64,000 nucleotides of DNA from Candidatus Sericytochromatia bacterium (GTDB lineage: Bacteria > Cyanobacteriota > Sericytochromatia > UBA7694 > JACMQJ01): positions 35,255 to 99,254 of the forward strand of contig BPII01000003.1 of the NCBI GenBank assembly GCA_026004035.1. Direction: 5' to 3'. How positions within the stretch are numbered: the stretch's first letter is position 1; each line of letters opens with the position of its first letter. Under the pieces are notes generated by a model, which made no database searches, was not told where the DNA came from, and was given only the letters and a program-made list of their open reading frames with translations. Shown here piece after piece: positions 31,063 to 39,500 of this stretch. A program made the position numbers and the translations under genes.

Positions 31063-31922
31063 GCTTGTTCTTGTTTTTCTGAAGGATTTTCTGTTACTCT
31101 TTTTTTATAAAATTTATTTGGTCTTTTAAAATTTCTAGTATTTTTTTCTAAAGGTTTTCTTTTATAATTATTATTTTTTCTTACAGAAAAAGCTTCTTTA
31201 TGTTGTATTATAACTTTTCTATTAGGTTCTTTTCCAATACTTTTTGTTGTTAAATCTTTATATTCTTTTATAATTTCATGAACAAGTTTTCTGTCTGAAG
31301 AATTCATAGGATTTAAAGTTACTTTTCTTTTTGTTGTACTTACTTTTTCTGCAATACTTTTTATCAAATTAGTAAGTTTTTCGTTTTGTTTTATTTTATA
31401 ATCAGATACATCTAATATAAATTTTGCTTTTTCTTCATGCATTATTTGATTTATCAGATATTGTAAAGCTTCTAAAGTTTTTCCATGTTTTCCTATTAAT
31501 AGACTAGCGTCATCAGTTTCTAAATTTACTTTAATAGTAACATTTTCAGTTGTAAAATAGATATTTTTTAAATCTAAAGATAAATCATTACAAAATTTAC
31601 TAATTATATTTTTTACTTTTTCAAATTCGTCATTATCAGTAGTGCTTAAATTTTCTTCTTTTTTATTATCATTTAATTTAGATAAACTTTTTTGATTTTC
31701 AATTTCTTGTGTTACTTTTAACTCTTTTTCTTCTTCTTTTACTGAAACATCTTGTTTTAATCTAACTCTAACTATTACTGGTCTTGAACCAATACCTAAA
31801 ATTCCTTTACTACCTTCGTCCAAAACTTCGTATTCTACATCCTCTTTTTTACATTTTAAAGTATTAATAGCTTTTTCCAAAGCTTCTTCTAATGTTTTTC
31901 CTTCTTGATCTATTGATTGCAT
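31059..31922 (-). CDS. jag: Jag/KhpB RNA-binding protein (Jag-N, KH, R3H)
   Basis: The KH-like segment is LIGKHGKTLEALQYL. The R3H-like C-terminus is MNSSDRKLVHEIIKE. Its position between yidC and mnmE is the conserved one. Confidence 0.8.
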   Translation of the reverse strand: MQSIDQEGKTLEEALEKAINTLKCKKEDVEYEVLDEGSKGILGIGSRPVIVRVRLKQDVSVKEEEKELKVTQEIENQKSLSKLNDNKKEENLSTTDNDEFEKVKNIISKFCNDLSLDLKNIYFTTENVTIKVNLETDDASLLIGKHGKTLEALQYLINQIMHEEKAKFILDVSDYKIKQNEKLTNLIKSIAEKVSTTKRKVTLNPMNSSDRKLVHEIIKEYKDLTTKSIGKEPNRKVIIQHKEAFSVRKNNNYKRKPLEKNTRNFKRPNKFYKKRVTENPSEKQEQA

Positions 31923-31932
31923 AATACACCCC

Positions 31933-32751
31933 CTATTTTTTCTTATTTCTTGATTTTTTACCTACTCTTTTAGATTTTTTTTCTAAATTTTTAATACTAG
32001 AAACAACACTTGAATTAACAAGTTCTTCTTTCTCTAATTTTATACTATTAGATTCTATAGATTTGTCTACAGCCTTTGAGTCTAAAGCTAAAGATTTCTT
32101 TTGCTTTAAAACTATGATATTTTGAAATATAGATATAATATTTGAAACAACGATATATAACAAAGCTCCTGATGGTATAGGTATTATTACAAACATTAGT
32201 GTTATCATTATTGGCATCATATAAAGCATTTGTTTTTGCATTGGATCATCGGGATTAGTTATCATCATTTTTTGAGAGATAAACATCGTTATACCAAATA
32301 ACAATACTAAAATGACATTATCAATGTATAATCCATCTTTACCTGATAATCCTACACGAGTTAAACTTTCTATAAATAAGAAGTCAGATTTAACCGCTAA
32401 TTTATTGAATTCTTGTCCTATAAAAGTACTATAAAGTCCTATAAAAAAAGGCATTTGTAATAATATAGGTAAGCATCCTCCAAATGGATTTACTTTATGC
32501 TCTTGATATAATTCCATTATTTTTTTATTATAAATTTCTGGTCTATCTTTATATCTTGATTGTATTTCTTTTAACTTTGGTTGTAATTTTTGCATTTCAA
32601 AACTTGCTCTTATACTTTGAAAAGTAAGAGGCATTAATGCCATTTTAATTGCTAAAGTCAAAAGAACAATTGCCCATCCCCAACTACCAGTTACATTATG
32701 AAACACCTTTAATAAGGGCAACATTAAGTCATTAACTAAAAAATCTATCAT
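31933..32751 (-). CDS. yidC: membrane protein insertase YidC, short form without the periplasmic P1 domain
   Basis: WGWAIVLLTLAIKMALMPLT...MQKLQPKLKEIQ...VNPFGGCLPILLQMPFFIGLY matches the conserved core from TM2 onward. The tail is Lys-rich (KKSKRVGKKSRNKKK). Only 22 nt separate it from yidD. Confidence 0.88.
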   Translation of the reverse strand: MIDFLVNDLMLPLLKVFHNVTGSWGWAIVLLTLAIKMALMPLTFQSIRASFEMQKLQPKLKEIQSRYKDRPEIYNKKIMELYQEHKVNPFGGCLPILLQMPFFIGLYSTFIGQEFNKLAVKSDFLFIESLTRVGLSGKDGLYIDNVILVLLFGITMFISQKMMITNPDDPMQKQMLYMMPIMITLMFVIIPIPSGALLYIVVSNIISIFQNIIVLKQKKSLALDSKAVDKSIESNSIKLEKEELVNSSVVSSIKNLEKKSKRVGKKSRNKKK

Positions 32752-32773
32752 ATAAGTAATACCAAAAAATTAT

Positions 32774-32980
32774 TTAAACTGGATCATATCCACCTGGATG
32801 AAATGGATGACACTTACATAATCTAAAAGAAGATTTAAGTAATCCTTTTAATATTCCATGTTTATTTATAGCTAAAATTGTATAGTTTGAACAACTAGGA
32901 TAAAATCTACATTTCGGAGGATATATAAAAGAAAATTTTTGATATATTCTAATTAATCCTATAATCAATTTACTTAACAT
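32774..32980 (-). CDS. yidD: membrane protein insertion efficiency factor YidD
   Basis: CRFYPSCSNY...CHPFHPGGYDPV is the YidD signature. 68 aa. Confidence 0.85.
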   Translation of the reverse strand: MLSKLIIGLIRIYQKFSFIYPPKCRFYPSCSNYTILAINKHGILKGLLKSSFRLCKCHPFHPGGYDPV

Positions 32981-33324
32981 GAGTTTTTTTCCAATCCAGC
33001 TTTTTTAATCAACATATTAATATTATTTTCTAACTCTTTATAACTTAAATTTAAAATATCTTTTTTAGCTATAAATAAAAAATCAAAGGAATCCCTTATA
33101 AACGAGATTTTTTTATAAAAAATACTACTTAATCTTCTTTTAACCTTATTTCTACAAACTGCTTTTTTTGAAACTTTCTTACTTATAGAAAAAGCACTCC
33201 TTTGAAAAGATAAATTATTTTCTACATAATACATAATTAAATATTTACTAGCAACACATTTACCAAACTTATAAATCTTTTCAAAATCTTTCTTTTTTTT
33301 TACCCTAAAAAGTTTGGGTAACAT
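32974..33324 (-). CDS. rnpA: RNase P protein component
   Basis: 116 aa and basic, with the RNR-like motif (KKAVCRNKVKRRL). It lies immediately downstream of rpmH, with a TAATG-type overlap. Confidence 0.8.
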   Translation of the reverse strand: MLPKLFRVKKKKDFEKIYKFGKCVASKYLIMYYVENNLSFQRSAFSISKKVSKKAVCRNKVKRRLSSIFYKKISFIRDSFDFLFIAKKDILNLSYKELENNINMLIKKAGLEKNSC

Positions 33325-33458
33325 TAAACAGTAAGTCTTTTACGTCCCTTTAGTCTTCTCCTACTTAAAACTCTTCTACCACCAACTGTTGCCATTCTAG
33401 CTCTAAAACCATGTACTTTTTTTCTTTGTCTTTTGCTAGGTTGATATGTTCTTTTCAT
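33324..33458 (-). CDS. rpmH: 50S ribosomal protein L34
   Basis: Not in the ORF track because it is under 60 aa. My translation is [44 protein letters not shown]. Confidence 0.92.
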   Translation of the reverse strand: MKRTYQPSKRQRKKVHGFRARMATVGGRRVLSRRRLKGRKRLTV

Positions 33459-33684
33459 ATTATATCTCCTAAAATTTTCTAACAAATTTAAATATAAAAG
33501 CAATTATAACATATAATATGTCTATATACTTTTAAAATTTATTTTTATTAAAAATTAATTTTTTTATAATCTTTTTTTAAATCAAAAGTTATCAATAAAT
33601 AAAAAATATTGTATCAATTTTTATTAAAGTGTTGAGTTTTATTAAAGTTCTGTCGATCCTCAGGTATTTTTACAGAATTAGATA

Positions 33685-33714
33685 TTGACAAAAAAGTAAT
33701 TTGATATTGATAAT
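33685..33714 (+). promoter_or_regulatory. sigma70-like promoter with no annotated downstream plus-strand gene
   Basis: TTGACA (33685..33690), an 18-nt spacer, then GATAAT (33709..33714). A 33-codon ORF (ATG 33723, TGA 33822..33824) would begin about at the predicted transcription start site. Confidence 0.3.
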
Positions 33715-33935
33715 TTAAAATTATGTGTTACCATAATACTATGAACCTTGACAATTTAATATTTAAGCTTAGTTTTATAGGTAAGAAAAAAATTATGGTT
33801 TTTATCGTCCATCTAAGGTGTTGAGTTTACATTACATTAATAGCTGAAATATTAAACTTGTGTACTTTTTGTTTTATCTTTCCTTTAGGTGTTTAAAACA
33901 TAAACTAAATGCTATCTGATGAATTTCTAAAAGTT

Positions 33936-34181
33936 TTATTTTAAAGAGTTTTTTAATGCTTTTTGGACGGCAGGACATTTTGATTCAAAGGCTGGTTCTA
34001 GTTTTATAGTACAACCACCTTGAGATTGTAAATCGCACTTTTTTACATCTTGAGCAATAATTTTTTTACCACCAAAAAAGCCTTTTGTATATTTATTTCT
34101 AACTTTTAAATGAACTTCAGCTGATACTTTACTACATTTATAAAGTAAATCTACAATTTCTTTCATTTCTTCTTTTGACAA
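33936..34181 (-). CDS. hypothetical small protein with four Cys
   Basis: 81 aa. A GGAGG Shine-Dalgarno sits just upstream (revcomp of cctcc at 34191..34195). No family recognised. Confidence 0.35.
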   Translation of the reverse strand: MSKEEMKEIVDLLYKCSKVSAEVHLKVRNKYTKGFFGGKKIIAQDVKKCDLQSQGGCTIKLEPAFESKCPAVQKALKNSLK

Positions 34182-34196
34182 AGTAAAAACACCTCC

Positions 34197-34709
34197 TTAA
34201 AAATTGTCTGGTACTTTCTCATATTCTTCTGGTACTTCTTGTAATGGTTGTGCTTCAATCATTTGTAAAAAGCTAGAAATTCTAGTGTTAGTGTCTATAT
34301 GTTTAGGTAGTCTTCTTTCTATTTCTTCTTCTAATCTATCTTCTTGTATAGCTTGAACAATTTCAGGATCTTCAAGGATTTTATGACTAAATTCTTCTAT
34401 AGTTCTTCCTAATAATGTAATAGTCCTTTGTATATGTCCTGTTTTTTCAAGTATATTAGAAAAGTTTTCTAATTGAGTTAGTACTATTAATGCTCTTAAA
34501 CATATTTCCCTATTGAGCCAAACTATAGGGTCATTTGTATCATTATATTTTGAAAGTCTATCTCTTATTTTTACAATTACTTGTTCTACTTGAGATAATA
34601 TTTCAAGTGTGTATTCTTGATTTATTTTATCTAAATCTGAAAAATCCATTTTAACAAAATATTTTTCCACAAAATCATTTAAGGAATTAGAAAAAATATT
34701 ATCTTTCAT
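34197..34709 (-). CDS. hypothetical helical protein with an acidic C-terminus
   Basis: 170 aa, transcribed divergently from the secretin gene. No family recognised. Confidence 0.35.
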   Translation of the reverse strand: MKDNIFSNSLNDFVEKYFVKMDFSDLDKINQEYTLEILSQVEQVIVKIRDRLSKYNDTNDPIVWLNREICLRALIVLTQLENFSNILEKTGHIQRTITLLGRTIEEFSHKILEDPEIVQAIQEDRLEEEIERRLPKHIDTNTRISSFLQMIEAQPLQEVPEEYEKVPDNF

Positions 34710-34820
34710 AATAAATCCTTATAAAATACTAAAATTTATTTTACAATATTTTTTTAAATTATCTAATAGATTATGATATAATAAACTAAAAATTTATGTG
34801 TTTTAAATAGGAGTATAGTT

Positions 34821-35864
34821 TTGTCTTTTAGGAAGCTTTTAATTTCAGGAATATTATTTTTGTCTTCATTTTTAGGTTTAAGTTGTCAAGAAGCTTATGC
34901 AATTAATCCAGATATATCAATACCATTAGGACAAATTGCACCTTTTCAAGTACCAGAAGGTATTACAACAGCAATAATTGGTGATGAAAATGTAGCATCA
35001 ATTGTTGTTCCACCAGGTCAAAATAAAACAATGTTAATTTATACTAAAGCACCTGGTATAACAAATATAATAGTTTTTACTGAAAGAACAGGACAACCTA
35101 ATAATTTTGTTGTTGAAGTTCAAGATACAAAAAGAGCTGAACAAATAGTAACAAGAATAAAAGTAGTTGAAGTTTTAACAGGAAATGATGGAAATTTGGG
35201 TATAGATTGGCAAGATTTTATAAGTTTTCAAGAAGCACCGCCAAGTGCTCCTTTTAAATTTGGCTTACCTGTAAGAACTTCTGTCATAGATGCAAAATTA
35301 AATACTCTTATAAATGATAGAAAAGGTAAATTATTAGCTCAACCGACAATAGTATCTTTAAATGGTAAAGATGCTAAGTTTTTATCAGGTGGTGAATATC
35401 CAGTATTAATATATGAAAGAGATAGAGTTAATATTCAATTTAAAGAATATGGTGTTAAGTTAGAATTAAACGCAAAAATAGAAGGTAATGATACTATATT
35501 ATTAACACTAAAACCAGAAGTAAGTTCTATAGACAAAACAAATAGTGTTACAATAGTTGGTTCAGGAACTACAGGTTCAGCTATAATACCAGCATTTGCT
35601 ACAAGAAAAGCTGAAACAACTTTAACATTAAAAGATAATGAATCTATAGTAATAGCAGGATTATTAAATAATTCTCAAGAATATGTTGACTCAAAAATAC
35701 CATTACTTGGTGATATACCATTTTTAGGCTTCTTATTCAAATCAAGAGAATTTAAAGATGTAAGAAGTGAATTAGTTTTTGTTGTAACTCCAAGCATACT
35801 AAAAAACAATAATGTTACACCTGAAAAAAATTATGCTGATGAAGCTCAAAAAATGGGTAAATAA
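34821..35864 (+). CDS. Tad/Flp-type secretin (CpaC/RcpA-like), short form
   Basis: A signal peptide is present. The N-terminal module is LGQIAPFQVPEGITTAIIGDENVASIVVPPGQNKTMLIYTKAPGITNIIVF. The C-terminal secretin core is AQPTIVSLNGKDAKFLSGGEYPV...KIPLLGDIPFLGFLFKSRE...ELVFVVTPSIL. Confidence 0.8.
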   Translation: MSFRKLLISGILFLSSFLGLSCQEAYAINPDISIPLGQIAPFQVPEGITTAIIGDENVASIVVPPGQNKTMLIYTKAPGITNIIVFTERTGQPNNFVVEVQDTKRAEQIVTRIKVVEVLTGNDGNLGIDWQDFISFQEAPPSAPFKFGLPVRTSVIDAKLNTLINDRKGKLLAQPTIVSLNGKDAKFLSGGEYPVLIYERDRVNIQFKEYGVKLELNAKIEGNDTILLTLKPEVSSIDKTNSVTIVGSGTTGSAIIPAFATRKAETTLTLKDNESIVIAGLLNNSQEYVDSKIPLLGDIPFLGFLFKSREFKDVRSELVFVVTPSILKNNNVTPEKNYADEAQKMGK

Positions 35865-36380
35865 ATGTATAACATTATTTTAATATTAATACTTACTAGT
35901 ATAATCTTAAGTGTCTTTTTACAGACATCAAGAAATATTTTTTTGAGAAATTTAGGATTAATATTATCTTCTTTGGTTGTGTTTATAAATTATTCAAATA
36001 ATTTGCAAGAAAAAATGTTTGTTATTTTATTTTCCGTAACATTAACAATATTAGGTTTTTTATCAGATTATTATTCAGCTACATTAAGAACTTGGTTTTT
36101 TTTAGTTTCTAATAAAACAATAATATATACATCTTATATTACATTTATTGCCACATTTCTTATAAGTTATATTTTTAACCCCGGTATAGCTAATAGCATA
36201 ATGATAGGTAGTCTATTAGGTGCTATATTAGGAGAATTTATCTCTCAAGGTAGTAATAAAAGCTTAAAAAAATTGCTTAAATACTCTCTTGGAACATTAG
36301 TAGGATTATATGGACTAGGTATAAAAGTATTATTTTCAATACAAATAGCAGAGATATTTATAAGAAATTCTTTTATTTAA
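35865..36380 (+). CDS. integral membrane protein (about 5 TM segments)
   Basis: Hydrophobic 171-aa ORF that starts 1 nt after the secretin stop. It may be DUF456-like, but I am not sure. Confidence 0.45.
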   Translation: MYNIILILILTSIILSVFLQTSRNIFLRNLGLILSSLVVFINYSNNLQEKMFVILFSVTLTILGFLSDYYSATLRTWFFLVSNKTIIYTSYITFIATFLISYIFNPGIANSIMIGSLLGAILGEFISQGSNKSLKKLLKYSLGTLVGLYGLGIKVLFSIQIAEIFIRNSFI

Positions 36381-36387
36381 AATAAAA

Positions 36388-37161
36388 ATGTTGAAATCAG
36401 AGCTAAATAAAGAAATAGCTAAAACAAAAACAGGTGCTATAATAATAGCTCATGATGATACAAAAGAACAAATTAATAGTAAAAAAACAAAATATTTATG
36501 CGGTCATGTTTTTAGAATTGCTACTGAAATAAAAAATAAAAATATTTGTAATTTAAAATATAATGGTTTTATACATATTTCTGAAAATGCTAAAGAAGAA
36601 CAATATTTTGATGTATTAGGATTAATAATAAAAGGTTATTCTTATAAGCTAAATAAAAATCCTGTAAATATATTAGTTTCAGGGTTTACAAAATTTGGTA
36701 AGGTACTAGATAATCCAACAAGCAGATTTTTATTTAATGATGGAACAAGTGATAATTATGGACTAATAGAACCTGATTTTAATAAAATAGATAGCATGAT
36801 GAAAAATAAATTTGATAATTGTATAAAAAATTCTACTTATGATAATGAATTAAATATTTCTTATAATTGCAAACTAAATGATAAAATTAAAGATATAAAT
36901 TTATTTTTTGTAAGATTACCTGTTTATGATAATCTCTTAAAAGAAGATAAAACAAGAAAAATCTTTGAAGATGCAATTAATCTTGTTAATCCTGATGCAA
37001 TAATAAGTTTTGGTGCTGGTACAAATGGTATTGAAAATTATTATATTGAAATTACTTCTTATGGAATGAAAGAAAATGGAGCTATCTATGATAGTGATGA
37101 TGAATTTATAACAAATTATGATTTATTAGAAATCTTAAAATTTCATAAATTATTGCAATAA
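36388..37161 (+). CDS. pyroglutamyl-peptidase (C15)-like protein lacking the catalytic half
   Basis: ILVSGFTKFGKVLDNPTS and NPDAIISFGAGTNGIENYYIEITSYG resemble the Pcp segments ILVTGFEPFGG..NPS and PD.VI.VGQAGGR..I..ER.A.N. The ORF ends before the position of the Cys/His catalytic residues. Confidence 0.3.
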   Translation: MLKSELNKEIAKTKTGAIIIAHDDTKEQINSKKTKYLCGHVFRIATEIKNKNICNLKYNGFIHISENAKEEQYFDVLGLIIKGYSYKLNKNPVNILVSGFTKFGKVLDNPTSRFLFNDGTSDNYGLIEPDFNKIDSMMKNKFDNCIKNSTYDNELNISYNCKLNDKIKDINLFFVRLPVYDNLLKEDKTRKIFEDAINLVNPDAIISFGAGTNGIENYYIEITSYGMKENGAIYDSDDEFITNYDLLEILKFHKLLQ

Positions 37162-37163
37162 AT

Positions 37164-37787
37164 TTAATCATTTTCTAACATATTTGTAAGATAATAGTAA
37201 ATAGTATTAAAATCAACATCATCTTCGGATAATATTTCAAAAATATTTTGATTTATCTGTTCAATATTAATTAATTCCAATTCATCTTTTAAAGAACTAA
37301 GTTTATAAACTTGTTCTTGACAAGTAAGAATATTAGTTTTTTTTGTTTTCTTATTAGTATAAGTATATCCAAAAAGACGACATATTAAAGGTCTAACTTC
37401 ATATATACTACATTTACCATTGAATAATAAAGGACATTCTATAAAATCTATAACTTCTTTAACTAATTGATAATCATCTAAATAAACATTTTCGTTTTTT
37501 ACTAGCAAATCCCTAAAATATTTCTTTAATTCTTTTAACTTTAGTTTTAATATTTTTATATCATCTTCAGTAAAATTATTTTTTATATATTTTTTTATAT
37601 TTTCCCATTCCATTTTATATATTTGAGGACTACCATAAAACTTACAACATCTATTACAACCTGATATACATTCTATATTAGTATTATTATTTTGAATTTG
37701 ATTTATAGCTTTATTTATATTTAAATATATTTCTTCTAAAGAATTTGAGTAATCTACAGATAGATTTTTAATATTATTTTTTATCAT
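37164..37787 (-). CDS. YkgJ/UPF0153 Cys-cluster protein (CxxCxxCC family, which includes flagellin N-methylase FliB)
   Basis: CISGCNRCCKFYG, then CPLLFNGKCSIYEVRPLICRLFG. Its ATG overlaps the stop of the FliH-like gene (TAATG at 37785..37789). Confidence 0.6.
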   Translation of the reverse strand: MIKNNIKNLSVDYSNSLEEIYLNINKAINQIQNNNTNIECISGCNRCCKFYGSPQIYKMEWENIKKYIKNNFTEDDIKILKLKLKELKKYFRDLLVKNENVYLDDYQLVKEVIDFIECPLLFNGKCSIYEVRPLICRLFGYTYTNKKTKKTNILTCQEQVYKLSSLKDELELINIEQINQNIFEILSEDDVDFNTIYYYLTNMLEND

Positions 37788-39463
37788 TAATTAGAATTTT
37801 CTGAAATTTCTTGAAAAAGAGCATCCAATATTGACAATTGAGTATTTATAGAAATATTATATTTTTCTGAATTTGTACTAATGGAACAATTCCCTTTATT
37901 AATAGTATTACTAGAATTTATAATAAATTCTGGTACATCAGGTAATAAAGCTTTAAAGTAATCTTGTTTTGGTAACACATTATCTAAATCTTGTGGATTA
38001 ACTGTTATTTTAACAGTTCCCAAATCACTTATAGTTTTTAAAGATTTTGCTATAAACTTTTGGGCAGCTTCATCTCTTTTCGTTACAGATTCACTTAATA
38101 CTGATTCAGAAACTTGATAAGCTAATTTCATTATTTTTTCTTCATTTTGATAGACTGCAACTGGTAAAGCTGCATATAGTTTATTTAAAGCATTTAATGC
38201 CTCTTTTAGTAATTCAGAATTTTCTTTTATAGCTTCTTCTTTTCCTTCTTGGTAACCAACATTAAATCCATCTTGAGTTGATGCTTCAACTATATCTTGA
38301 TATTGATCTTCAGCTGCCTGAATTATTCTTGCTGATTCAATATTAGCATCTGATATTATTCTTTCAGCTTCGAGTTCAGCTTCTTTTTTTATTTCTTCGC
38401 CTTTTTGTTCATATTCAGCTATTATAGCTGCTGCTTCATCTTGAGCATAAGCTGATGACTCTATTATTCGCCTAGCTTTTTCCTCTGCTTCTTCTACTAT
38501 TTTCAAACTTTTTTCATAAGCTTCATCTAAAATTTGTTCTCTTCTTTTAATTATATTATTAGCTGTACTAATAACTTGATTATCACTTTCTAGTTTCTTT
38601 TTGTAATATTGTATTGTTTCATCTATATATTGTTCTGCTTCTTGTTGAATTATTTCTAAATCTTTATTTATACGAGCTTCTATCTCTTTTTCTACTTCTA
38701 AAAGCATATTTTCTCTTTTTTTCCATAATTCTTCTCTTTTATATTCAGAATGCTTTTTTAAGAATTTTTCTATTTTTGCGTCAATATCTGATATTAGTTG
38801 ATTTATATCTCTTGTTGGTGCTATATCATCTATAATATGAGATGCTTCTTCTAATAACCTTGCCATATCTTCATTAGAAGCTAAAGCAGATAATTTTTCA
38901 TCTGATATTTCTTTAACATTTTTTCTATATTCTTTTATTTTATCAAAAAGTTTAACATCTACTTTTCCTATGAGTGTTTTATGTTTTGTTTTTTCCCAAT
39001 TTTCTGATTTTTCATCTCCAATATCAATAGAATCTTCAATATCATAAGCAATATTTGTATCTAAATCAGAATAAAAATCATCATTTGTATCAATATTAAA
39101 TTCCGAATCTAAATCTAAATCACTAGTTATTTCAGACTCATAACTATCTTGATAATTATCATAAAGAGGTTCTGTTTCTCCTATTACTACAGGTTCATTT
39201 ATCATTTCAAATTCGTATTCTTCTTGAATGTCATTTTCATCAAAAAGAGTAAAAAATTCATTTTCATCTATTAATGTTGGCTCTTGATTAGCTCCTATAA
39301 GAATAGTTTTACCAATTATAAAAGGTGAATCATCTTCAACTTCAGTTACTTCTTCTTGATTATTTTCTTCATCTAATTTAAGATTTTCTTCTTCAAGAAT
39401 AGTACTAGTTATTTCTATATATTCTATTTCACTCGGTTTTAATAGCATAAAAGTATTAATCAA
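37787..39463 (-). CDS. FliH/SctL-family protein with a long acidic N-terminal extension
   Basis: The central E/A/K-rich helical repeats are AEEKARRIIESSAYAQDEAAAIIAEYEQKGEEIKKEAELEAERIISDANIESARIIQAAE. The C-terminal block is KLAYQVSESVL...VKITVNPQDLDNVLP...INKGNCSISTNSEKYNISINTQLSIL. It parallels E. coli FliH ...LRVHPDDL...HPGGCKVSADEGDLDASVATRWQEL. The protein is 558 aa, against about 230-300 aa for typical FliH. Confidence 0.6.
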   Translation of the reverse strand: MINTFMLLKPSEIEYIEITSTILEEENLKLDEENNQEEVTEVEDDSPFIIGKTILIGANQEPTLIDENEFFTLFDENDIQEEYEFEMINEPVVIGETEPLYDNYQDSYESEITSDLDLDSEFNIDTNDDFYSDLDTNIAYDIEDSIDIGDEKSENWEKTKHKTLIGKVDVKLFDKIKEYRKNVKEISDEKLSALASNEDMARLLEEASHIIDDIAPTRDINQLISDIDAKIEKFLKKHSEYKREELWKKRENMLLEVEKEIEARINKDLEIIQQEAEQYIDETIQYYKKKLESDNQVISTANNIIKRREQILDEAYEKSLKIVEEAEEKARRIIESSAYAQDEAAAIIAEYEQKGEEIKKEAELEAERIISDANIESARIIQAAEDQYQDIVEASTQDGFNVGYQEGKEEAIKENSELLKEALNALNKLYAALPVAVYQNEEKIMKLAYQVSESVLSESVTKRDEAAQKFIAKSLKTISDLGTVKITVNPQDLDNVLPKQDYFKALLPDVPEFIINSSNTINKGNCSISTNSEKYNISINTQLSILDALFQEISENSN

Positions 39464-39500
39464 ATATCACCTATTATTATATAATAAAATACGAAAAAAA

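Noticed and set aside
33459-33935. Canonical DnaA boxes marking oriC next to rpmH.
   Set aside because: I found no TTATCCACA or TGTGGATAA 9-mer by eye. The nearest matches (TTATCAATA, TTATCGTCC) have 2-3 mismatches, which is expected by chance in AT-rich DNA. The origin idea is kept only as a low-confidence hypothesis in the findings.
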